Origin: Gammaproteobacteria bacterium
GTDB taxonomy: Bacteria; Pseudomonadota; Gammaproteobacteria; SURF-13
DNA length: 24,138 bases
Direction of reading: 5' to 3'
Assembly (NCBI GenBank): GCA_043721815.1
Contig: JAYSPZ010000164.1
Coordinates: 1 to 24,138 of the forward strand
In this document: one piece after another, positions 8,301 through 14,898 of the stretch
Position numbering within the stretch: the stretch's first letter is position 1
How the letters are laid out: every line of letters begins with the position of its first letter
Program-made: the position numbers and the translations under genes
Notes under the pieces: generated by a model
What the model was told of the DNA's origin: nothing
Databases searched by the model: none
Seen by the model: the letters and a program-made list of their open reading frames with translations, nothing else

Positions 8301-8598
8301 CCGAGTCAAACACTACCACGATGGTGGACAAGCCGACGGAGGTCTTGGAGCGAACGGCAGTCACGCCCGGCGTGCCATTGATTGCGCTTTCCAGCGGATA
8401 GGTGATGAGCGACTCCACGTCTTGCGGGGCCATGCCCGGTGCTTCGGTCTGCACCACGACCTGGGGCGGGGCAAATTCGGGGAATACATCGAGCGCCATG
8501 CGTTGCAGGGCAAAGCCACCCGCAATCATGAGCACTAAAGTGAACGCCAACACGATGAGACGGTTGTGCAGCGACCAGGCGATGAGCGTGTTAAACAT
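5344..8598 (-). CDS. CusA/CzcA-family heavy-metal RND efflux pump
   Basis: 1084 aa. DVFPEFAPPQVVVQTEAPG, TM4 GLAIAIGEVVDNGIITVEN, GRSFLPEFQEG, TM10/11 GIATRNGIILV...DRLVPVLMTA. TAATG overlap with the adaptor stop. Confidence 0.96.
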   Translation of the reverse strand: MFNTLIAWSLHNRLIVLAFTLVLMIAGGFALQRMALDVFPEFAPPQVVVQTEAPGMAPQDVESLITYPLESAINGTPGVTAVRSKTSVGLSTIVVVFDSGTDVYLDRQLVNERIQNVQGRLPPGSIPVMLPVTSAVGWLVKYALTSDSVSPEELRTLSDWDIRPRILSLGGIASVVSIGGEVKQYQVRLDPQRMLAYNISIEQVRDALRNANVNVPGAFLQQPGQEFIVSGIGRITSLDDIKTTLITVRDQVPITIANVAEVVFGGEIKRGDGAYGLKDAVIGTVSKAYGADTVTTTAKVEKTLAEIKQKLPPGVKMEAQVFRQANFIETAVHNLNVALLEGALIVIAVLFIFLANWRASFITFLSMPVSFVGGILVMYAFDIGINAMTLGGLAIAIGEVVDNGIITVENVVRRLRLNRNAERPLPPMEVVFDAVQEILNSVVYATFIIILIFLPIFFLEDLAGRIFSPLGIAYIASVTVSLVVAVTTVPALCYFLLVRKDEKRLDRDVKLRALGRRELAADTAGHGSGEGHEKETRFVIGLKRQFSRLLNVALRRFWWVVGMSVLALALTLSLLPLFGRSFLPEFQEGNFIVSMVTLPGTSLEESMRLGDLVRRDMLKYPQVVSISQRAGRSELDEDAQPPNFSEFDVRLDFEKNRDISANVLLENIRKDLGNIPGAVFNIGQFIAHRFDEVESGVRAQVAIKIFGEKLPQLYQLGQQVRGILQKVPGAVDINVEQQINVPQVSIKIDREKAARYGINVGDVAQDIQLFLNGENVSSILEGHRTFDLNVRLQSSQRNSVEDIRNILVDASVLEKGNGKIPLRQVADVNVEDQPYAISRESVQRLLVVGFNVQGRDLGSVIADTQVAINKEIKLPPGYYFEYGGQFQSQQAANRTLLSFGLLAIFGALLLLYKAFGTFREALLVMFNLPLAMIGGIVSLYLAGANMSVAAIIGFITLFGIATRNGIILVSHYSQLRAEGKPLHEVVVQGTLDRLVPVLMTAATAALGLIPLLWGSPVGKELERPLAQVVLGGLVTATLLNMVVVPTVYNRMEQWRERREAKLAAQQVKAPQQSNPQLNPEESAA

Positions 8599-9824
8599 TA
8601 GTGCTGATCTCCGGCTTCGGTGTGCTTGTTCCCATCGGTATGCTCTTCCGCCGCAAGCGGTTTTTTAGCCTGCGGGTCTGTCGAGACGGGTTTTTCCTGT
8701 TTCGTTTGCTTACTGCCAAAAGTCTTGATGCGCGCCGTGAAGTTGCCTATCCCATTAGTAAGCTGGCCTATCCAGCTAACTGGTTTTTCATCTTTCATCT
8801 GGCTATCAGGAGCGGTCGGCTTTTCCTCTTTTGCCGACTCGCCACTGCCGGTCAGCCACATCGTGTAAACCTGCCGGTTGCCTTGCGTCACGACTTCATC
8901 GCCAGGCACCAGGCCCTCGGTGATTTCACTGAATGCACCATCGCGCACGCCAACACTCACTTCCATGCGATTAAAGCTGTTGCCTTCCGCCACAAACACG
9001 AACTTCTCACCATTGGCTTCAACAATAGCGCTGTTGGGCACCGCCAGCGCCGCGTCGTTACGCTTCAGGATCACGCTGGCGCGCGCAAACATATTGGGCT
9101 TGAGCAGGCCCTGTTCATTCGCCAGTTCTATCCAGAGATTTACGGTGCGGCTAAGTGGATCAAGGTTGGTATCGATCAACGTGACCTTGCCGGTAAATAT
9201 CTCATTGGGATAACTGAGCACATGAACACGGGCCTCCTGCTCGACCTTGATCTTGCCCAGGTCTTCCTCAAATACCTTGGCTATGACAATGACTTGCGTG
9301 CGGTCACTGATATGAAAAAGTGAAGAATTGGGCTCCACCGCCTGGCCGACACTCACATTAAGCGCATCGATAAGGCCGCTCATGGGCGCAGTAATATTGA
9401 CGCTGGGCGGTGGATCGCCACTCAGGCGCGATTCCACCTTGGCGAGATTCTGCCCGGCCTTGACCGTATCCCCCAGCTTGGCGTACAAGGCCTTCACCTG
9501 GCCGCTAATGCGTAGGCCGACCTCAGCCTGGCGGTTGGGTAGCAACTGCACCTGACCGTTGAGGTTCAACTCCTGATTGATAGTGCGTACTTCAGCGGGC
9601 GCGGTTTGCAGGGCAATAGCCTGCTTCTGCTGATCGGTGAGTTGCACCGGGCCGCGTGCGCCACCACCGCCCACCTCGATTTCCTCGCCATGGCCAACGG
9701 CCTCGGGCAGCATGAATGGCAGGGTTAGTAGCAATAAAACGATTCCTGTAATAAATCGAAGAAATGCACTGTGGCTCACTCTGTTTCGAAATATGTAGCT
9801 ATTCAATGCGGTTATTCCTTTCAT
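8598..9824 (-). CDS. RND periplasmic adaptor (MFP), apparently lacking the alpha-helical hairpin
   Basis: N-terminal TM anchor; lipoyl halves RISGQVKALYAKLGDTVKAGQNLA and ITAPMSGLIDALNVSVGQAV; LDPLSRTV, LKPNMFA, VPNSAIV, GLVPGDEVVTQG. Confidence 0.92.
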   Translation of the reverse strand: MKGITALNSYIFRNRVSHSAFLRFITGIVLLLLTLPFMLPEAVGHGEEIEVGGGGARGPVQLTDQQKQAIALQTAPAEVRTINQELNLNGQVQLLPNRQAEVGLRISGQVKALYAKLGDTVKAGQNLAKVESRLSGDPPPSVNITAPMSGLIDALNVSVGQAVEPNSSLFHISDRTQVIVIAKVFEEDLGKIKVEQEARVHVLSYPNEIFTGKVTLIDTNLDPLSRTVNLWIELANEQGLLKPNMFARASVILKRNDAALAVPNSAIVEANGEKFVFVAEGNSFNRMEVSVGVRDGAFSEITEGLVPGDEVVTQGNRQVYTMWLTGSGESAKEEKPTAPDSQMKDEKPVSWIGQLTNGIGNFTARIKTFGSKQTKQEKPVSTDPQAKKPLAAEEHTDGNKHTEAGDQH

Positions 9825-11259
9825 AGGGGCGTGTGGCTGGCACGGTCATAGACATCGACTGATCTGGTAGCGTGGGAACCTGCTGGCCCCGTGTTACATC
9901 TAATTGCGCGTCCGAAGTAAAGGAATTCGACGGGCCTGGTGCCAGTCCGTCTCCGAAACTGCTCCCAACTCCAAAGGCCAGGCCCGTCAATGCTTGCAAA
10001 TACTGGTCAAGGACATTGAGATAAGCGATATGTGCATCGGTGTGCTGGCGCTGGGCCTGCACCACGGCAAAGATCGGGATTTGCCCAAGGCCATAGGCAG
10101 CCTGCGAATTACTGACGTTACTGTCGGCTAAAGGTAGTATGGTGTGTTCGTAGTCATGCAGGGCCACCTTCAGGCGTTCGCTCTCGGCGTAGGCGCTGGC
10201 GACCTGGTTGCTGATGCTGGCCGCAAGCGCTTCACTCCGCGCCGTAGCCTGGCTGCCCGCAACGATGGCTTCGGCGATGCGGCCCTGATTCTTATTGCGC
10301 AAGGGTAGGGGGATAGACAGGGTCACACCCAATGCACGCTCGGTGTCTTGCGGCGGTGCGCCGGTGATGGACAGGCGACTTTGCTCCACGCCTACGCCGA
10401 CCGTCCAGTCTTCCCAGGTCTGGGAACGCGCCAGTGCCTGAGCCGCACGGGCGCGTTCCAGGTTCAGGGCCTCGACCCGTAATTCGGGACGTTGGCTTAA
10501 GGCTTGTTGTTGCAACTTCTCCACACCGGGCAAGACCTGTGCCCTGGCCAACGAGTCATCCAAGGTCAATGCCTGCCCAGCGACCCTCCCCAGCAACTGG
10601 TTCAGCAGGCCCTGTTGTGTTGCCTGCTGGTTTTGCAGCAAGGTACGCTCCTGCTCCAAACGCGCCAGCTCTATGCGCGCCGTGAATACATCCAGTTCCG
10701 ACACCTCTGCCACCTTGAAGCGGTTGCGGGTGACCTTGACCAGCTTTTTATCCACCTTTATCAGACTGTCACGCTCCGCAATCTGGCGATTCAGGACGAT
10801 GATCCGGTAATACGTGGAGGCCACATTACCCGTCAGCCTGCGCTCGGCGATATTGATTTCAGCCATTGCCAAGTCAACATCCACCCGCGCCACGTCTTTC
10901 TCGCGGGCCAGCCACCCGGCTACGGGGAACTGCTGGGTGAAGCCCGCACTGACGGCGTATTCGCCGTTATTACCGAACAGAAAGTCGCTGCGCGTGGACA
11001 ATTCGAGGCGCGGATTAGCAGGCAATCCAGCCTGCGCCAGACGGGCATGTGCGGCATCCACGCTATAACGGGCTGCTTGCAAATCCTTGTTATTTTGCAG
11101 GGCCAGCGTAATGACTTCTTCCAGCCCGAAGCTTGTCGCGTTGCTCTGAGACTCGATCCCTTTTGCCATAAGGGCGGCGCTCACGGCGCTCAGCCAGCCG
11201 CCAGCGACAATAACGAGAACCAGACGCGACAAAGCGCGGTTGAGCATGAGTAATGACAT
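9799..11259 (-). CDS. TolC/CzcC-family outer-membrane efflux factor
   Basis: EVITLALQNNKDL, ALSQRPEL, LSIPLPLRNKNQGRI, two-repeat OEP pattern. Start chosen at ATG 11259 (GGGA upstream, signal peptide follows) rather than 11301. Confidence 0.93.
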   Translation of the reverse strand: MSLLMLNRALSRLVLVIVAGGWLSAVSAALMAKGIESQSNATSFGLEEVITLALQNNKDLQAARYSVDAAHARLAQAGLPANPRLELSTRSDFLFGNNGEYAVSAGFTQQFPVAGWLAREKDVARVDVDLAMAEINIAERRLTGNVASTYYRIIVLNRQIAERDSLIKVDKKLVKVTRNRFKVAEVSELDVFTARIELARLEQERTLLQNQQATQQGLLNQLLGRVAGQALTLDDSLARAQVLPGVEKLQQQALSQRPELRVEALNLERARAAQALARSQTWEDWTVGVGVEQSRLSITGAPPQDTERALGVTLSIPLPLRNKNQGRIAEAIVAGSQATARSEALAASISNQVASAYAESERLKVALHDYEHTILPLADSNVSNSQAAYGLGQIPIFAVVQAQRQHTDAHIAYLNVLDQYLQALTGLAFGVGSSFGDGLAPGPSNSFTSDAQLDVTRGQQVPTLPDQSMSMTVPATRPYERNNRIE

Positions 11260-11265
11260 GAAATA

Positions 11266-11385
11266 TATTCCCAAAATTAAACACCGTGCTGAATAACACA
11301 CGAGCCGGGAATACGGTTTGAGGTGAAACGGAGAAGCTTAAGGATGCCCCAAAACCGTAATACCCAGCCCGAAAAGGGCAGGGTA
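11266..11385 (-). promoter_or_regulatory. Structured intergenic leader with potential SD-masking hairpin
   Basis: 7-bp inverted repeat at 11307-11313 / 11266-11272 that includes the putative GGGA SD; competing 8-bp inverted repeat at 11352-11359 / 11312-11319; hairpin at 11361-11385. Confidence 0.5.
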
Positions 11386-11393
11386 GAAGGACA

Positions 11394-11867
11394 TCAGAGC
11401 GGTGGGGCGTGAGGCCAGAGGGAGTTGGCGATTAAAAAATGCCTGGATTTGCCGCCGGGAGGGTCAATGCCGAAATGGCGGACAACCAGTGCCGGCAAGA
11501 AAAGAACAGCAGAAATAACGGCAATAAACGGTACTAAAACATAGGCCAGATCATACAATGCCTGAAGATTGCTGGCCTGAGAAAATGCCGAGAGATTTTG
11601 CAGTAAGGTACAGCAAGCGTCCCCCGATTTTTTATCGCCCCCGCCATGTTGGACGTGCTCACCGGCTTGGTTGCTAACCGGGGTGGAACCTGCTCCAAAG
11701 TGTTGCTCCGGGGACTCACCGAACTGCATTACACTTATCGAGCAAACCGCCAGCGAAAATATCCAACTAGCCAATACCACCCAAGCAATACCGCGCAAAC
11801 TCACACCACCGAACCGCCGGAAAATGGAATTATGACGCATCGGTTGGTTTGGAACGGCTGGATACAC
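11394..11867 (-). CDS. DUF2946/CzcI-like upstream ORF; candidate metal-sensing ribosome arrest peptide
   Basis: N-terminal hydrophobic segment, His-containing linker, DACC, second hydrophobic stretch, C-terminal SLWPHAPPL*. First gene of the metal-efflux operon. Start uncertain (GTG 11867 or ATG 11840). Confidence 0.7.
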   Translation of the reverse strand: MYPAVPNQPMRHNSIFRRFGGVSLRGIAWVVLASWIFSLAVCSISVMQFGESPEQHFGAGSTPVSNQAGEHVQHGGGDKKSGDACCTLLQNLSAFSQASNLQALYDLAYVLVPFIAVISAVLFLPALVVRHFGIDPPGGKSRHFLIANSLWPHAPPL

Positions 11868-11990
11868 GTTATAACGACCCTGACTTATAATTGAGCGAAG
11901 TGTGCAGATTCGACACCTCCAGTTTCTAGTAGTTCACGCACCACGTCAATCACAGCGGGTAGTTGACACAGCTTTCTGCACTTATAATTT

Positions 11991-12018
11991 ACTTCGCATA
12001 ATGTATATTATGTTAAAT
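11991..12018 (+). other. dif: XerC/XerD dif recombination site
   Basis: ACTTCGCATAA-TGTATA-TTATGTTAAAT versus E. coli GGTGCGCATAA-TGTATA-TTATGTTAAAT: 25/28 identical with a perfect spacer and XerD arm; intergenic. Confidence 0.93.
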
Positions 12019-12143
12019 AATAGGTGTTAGGGAAGCTCTAGTCACGCACCCTTCATTTCATTGCACTTGCCTGTAGCCTGGCTCATCATGCGTTTAGTGG
12101 TATCGAGTGTCTTTTGTCGAAACAGACGCGGGAGGAACATATC

Positions 12144-12263
12144 ATGCTGGGGATCGAGGGTTATCTTATTCTTGTGCTTATCGCGGTGGGCATCGTGCTG
12201 GCGAATTTCATAATTAACAGGATCGGTAGAAAAAACAAGGAAAGCGACAATACCCAAGAATAA
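12144..12263 (+). CDS. Unannotated 39-aa single-pass membrane microprotein
   Basis: GGAGG SD at 12131-12135, 8 nt before ATG; MLGIEGYLILVLIAVGIVLANFIINRIGRKNKESDNTQE*, i.e. an approx. 20-aa TM helix followed by a basic stretch. Below the size of any ORF in the track. Confidence 0.7.
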   Translation: MLGIEGYLILVLIAVGIVLANFIINRIGRKNKESDNTQE

Positions 12264-12375
12264 TCCAAGGAAACACCGTTGTCCTGGGTGCCTCCTGCCG
12301 GGCAGCAGTTCAGTTTGAAAATTACGGCAGTGAGGTCGGGGGTTCATCCCCCTTCCCCCCTGTCGCTATCCTGAA

Positions 12376-13206
12376 TTAACAGGGATTATTAGGAGTGGGG
12401 ATACATGGCGGTGTCTGCGGCGGTGGCAGCCCTGTTGCAGGCGGCTGTACTATTGCAGGCGGCTGCGGCGTTCCGTCCGCCGGTGTTCCCTTGTTAAGGG
12501 CATCATTGGCGCCATCCGAGCTTCTGTCACTCACCGCGTCGCTGAATCTGGCCTCCTCCGGCAGGCCCGGTGGTGTGACGACCTCCGGGGCAGTGGTGAC
12601 CTCCTGAGCAACAATGATCTCCGGGGCAGTGTTGGCATCACGGACACGGGCGCTATTGGTCTGGGTACCTGCGTCGAGATTAAGCGACCCTGCCTTATTT
12701 AGAACAAAGCCGGAACCCCGCCAGAAACGGACCTTTAATACCCCACTCTCGTCCAGCGTCACTTCCAGGTCAGTGCCACGTACACCGATACTGGCAACCG
12801 GCGTATTGATCCGGTAGGCATCCGGTCTTTGCTTGGAGATAAACCCGGTGACCGTGCGTAACCCACCCTTGAGCAGCGTCATCACACTGGCATGGTTACC
12901 TTTATTAGCCGAATCAAACCGGTAATCGTCCACCCGCAGCTCCGTGTTAGGCTTGAGCGACAGCAAGGCATCGTCTATGAATTTAACCTGCGCACGCGAG
13001 TTGGCACCGGTTTTCAATACCTCGCCGCTGTAAAATTCGGATTTGCGCGCGAGCGCCCTGCTCTTGCCTTGAGACGTGATCGCGGATACCTCGCCGCTGG
13101 CGACGATCACCTGACCGACCAACACGGCGGCTTGCGTGACCGGGCTTAGCAACGCCAAACCTATCCAAAACAACCCCGCAGCGATACGACCTCTCTGGCT
13201 AAACAT
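12376..13206 (-). CDS. Secreted FecR-domain protein with Pro-rich C-terminal tail
   Basis: Signal peptide; VGQVIVASGEV...GEVLKTGANSRAQVKFIDDALLSLKPNTEL...LLKGGLR...INTPVASIGVRGT is the FecR beta-sandwich pattern. Confidence 0.88.
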   Translation of the reverse strand: MFSQRGRIAAGLFWIGLALLSPVTQAAVLVGQVIVASGEVSAITSQGKSRALARKSEFYSGEVLKTGANSRAQVKFIDDALLSLKPNTELRVDDYRFDSANKGNHASVMTLLKGGLRTVTGFISKQRPDAYRINTPVASIGVRGTDLEVTLDESGVLKVRFWRGSGFVLNKAGSLNLDAGTQTNSARVRDANTAPEIIVAQEVTTAPEVVTPPGLPEEARFSDAVSDRSSDGANDALNKGTPADGTPQPPAIVQPPATGLPPPQTPPCIPTPNNPC

Positions 13207-13241
13207 GGCGATAACCTCGATTCCTGATTTGGACTTTAGGG

Positions 13242-14549
13242 TTAATAAAAGTCATAACGTGCACCCACTGTCAGCAGCGTTCGATCGTAATCGAACAGGG
13301 AAATATTGGAATTATTATGATTGTATCTCGCCTCGGCATTAAAGGACCACGTCGCATCGGGTTGCCAGCGCCAGCCCAGCGCGGCCTGATAGAGATCGTC
13401 ACTGCGCGTTTGTGCAAAATCCGGGTGAGGAGCGTCATAATCCGTTTTTTGCGCGAAGAGTGTGATATAGGGTGTGTGGTGGGGTATGGGAGTCCAGCGC
13501 AAATCCAGGCTCACACCATAATAATCGCGTCCATTAAATTTGCCGTTGTCGCGCAGGGCATCATCATTGCCATAATAGGTGCCCAGATTGAGCAGCCCGC
13601 CATAAGCGGAAAACTGGTGCGCCCAGCCACCCCCGAATAACAAGGTATCCAGGCCCCGGGAAGATTGTCCCGAGTAGGTGATCCGCCCCACCTGGCCATA
13701 GGCGCTAATCCAGTCCTGCGCCGAAACCGGCCTGCTCCACTCCGGGCGAATCGCCTTAAAGTGGCTGAGCGTCCGGTCGGCTACGTCGTACTCATCATAC
13801 TGGAACGATAAACGAAACTGATTTTGTCCCTGCGCGAGTGATAAACCCGTTTTCAGGCCCAGCAACCGGGTGTTGAATGCCTTTTCCTGAAGATTATTGC
13901 GCTGGCTACCGGAGACCGAAAAAAACAGGGTGTGTGTCGGGCTTAACGGCTGTTCAACACTGGCACCAAAACCCGCCTCTATAAACTCGTCATCGCGCTC
14001 CCGGCTTGCATCGTCGAGCAGGATAATTTGCCCGCCGGGCAGTGTCACGCTGGTGTCTGAGGTGGCGCTATTTACGTTGGAGTCGTTGCCAAATTTCAAA
14101 TCCAGGTAGGCACGTTGCCGGGTTTTCTGCCCCGTGTCTCGCCCGTCCAGTTCCGCTAACAAACGCGCCGCGCCGCTGCCAATATCGGCTGGGGGATGGC
14201 CGGTCTGTAGCACAGCCAGCTCGCGGCGTGTCGAATCATAGTCACCCAGCGTCTGATAGGCCTGCGCCAGCTCCAGACGCGCACGCTGATTTTGCGGCTG
14301 CGCGATGAGTACGCGCTCCAGGGCAAACAGCGCCTGATCGGGCTGGTCGGCCTGGTTGGCTGCCATGCCCAATAGCAAATCAAATTCGGGATCACCGCCG
14401 TATTCGGCGCTTTGCGCTTGCAGTAACTCAAAGGCCTCGCCAGCCTTGCCGGACTGCAACAGCTCTCTGGCCCGGGTTTCCCAGTCCACGGCCTGGGCCA
14501 CTGAGCTGGCCAGCAACAGACTCGCGGCGATCCACTGCACTATCCGCAT
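13242..14549 (-). CDS. TPR + outer-membrane beta-barrel protein (Slam/DUF560-like)
   Basis: Signal peptide; N-terminal TPRs (FDLLLGMAA...ALFALERVL...RARLELAQAY); alternating beta-strand C-terminal domain starting GNDSNVN; terminal aromatic (ARYDFY). Confidence 0.8.
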   Translation of the reverse strand: MRIVQWIAASLLLASSVAQAVDWETRARELLQSGKAGEAFELLQAQSAEYGGDPEFDLLLGMAANQADQPDQALFALERVLIAQPQNQRARLELAQAYQTLGDYDSTRRELAVLQTGHPPADIGSGAARLLAELDGRDTGQKTRQRAYLDLKFGNDSNVNSATSDTSVTLPGGQIILLDDASRERDDEFIEAGFGASVEQPLSPTHTLFFSVSGSQRNNLQEKAFNTRLLGLKTGLSLAQGQNQFRLSFQYDEYDVADRTLSHFKAIRPEWSRPVSAQDWISAYGQVGRITYSGQSSRGLDTLLFGGGWAHQFSAYGGLLNLGTYYGNDDALRDNGKFNGRDYYGVSLDLRWTPIPHHTPYITLFAQKTDYDAPHPDFAQTRSDDLYQAALGWRWQPDATWSFNAEARYNHNNSNISLFDYDRTLLTVGARYDFY

Positions 14550-14673
14550 TATTTGTGCCCTCTACGACCTGTTTCGTTAACGTTTTTGATGAGCTATAGC
14601 CTGCACATATACCACCATATTACTCGATGCCGCCTTCATTGCAAGTGTATCGATGAGTCCACCCCCTACGGGC

Positions 14674-14705
14674 AAAAAAAAGGCCACCCGGTGAGGGGTG
14701 GCCTT
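14674..14705 (-). terminator. Rho-independent terminator downstream of the VOC-MTase-ligase operon
   Basis: Stem AAGGCCACCC(14680-14689) / GGGTGGCCTT(14696-14705), 6-nt loop, A-run at 14674-14681 giving a U-tract on the minus strand. Confidence 0.85.
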
Positions 14706-14740
14706 GGTATCCCTGAACTAGATGGAACGGGATTCTTTTT

Positions 14741-14898
14741 GTGCGCTGTGCACTTAAGTATTTATGTAGCGTGCGCTGTGCGCACGTATGACCGACATTG
14801 CAAACAATTTCGTGCGCACAGCGCACGCTACCAAACCCCATTAACAAAGGGGGGGGCCGTAGGCCGGGGGATTTGGGGTCGCGCACAGCGCAGGCTAC
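14741..14898. repeat. Cluster of GTAG-family REP elements including a perfect REP doublet (REPIN)
   Basis: GTAGCGTGCGCTGTGCGCACG (14766-14786) and its exact reverse complement (14811-14831), 24 nt apart; partial copies at 14741-14753 and 14881-14898. Each unit is GTAG plus the palindrome CGTGCGC-TGT-GCGCACG. Confidence 0.88.

Noticed and set aside
11963-11988. Perfect TTGACA and TATAAT hexamers on the plus strand just before dif
   Set aside because: The spacer is only 14 nt, too short for a sigma70 promoter. Kept only as a curiosity; ACTTATAATT also recurs at 11883-11892.
12042-12347. 101-aa minus-strand ORF in the track
   Set aside because: No recognisable motif or properly spaced SD. The opposite strand holds a more convincing 39-aa ORF with GGAGG.
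14849-14878. G-rich tract (G8, G5, G4) as a G-quadruplex or phase-variable run
   Set aside because: It is intergenic downstream of the operon, one loop is long, and it is explained by pairing with CCAAACCCC (14831-14839) within the REP spacer.
14741-14898. Possible CRISPR array
   Set aside because: Repeats are about 21 nt, in mixed orientations with irregular spacing, begin with GTAG, and no cas genes are present. This fits REP elements.
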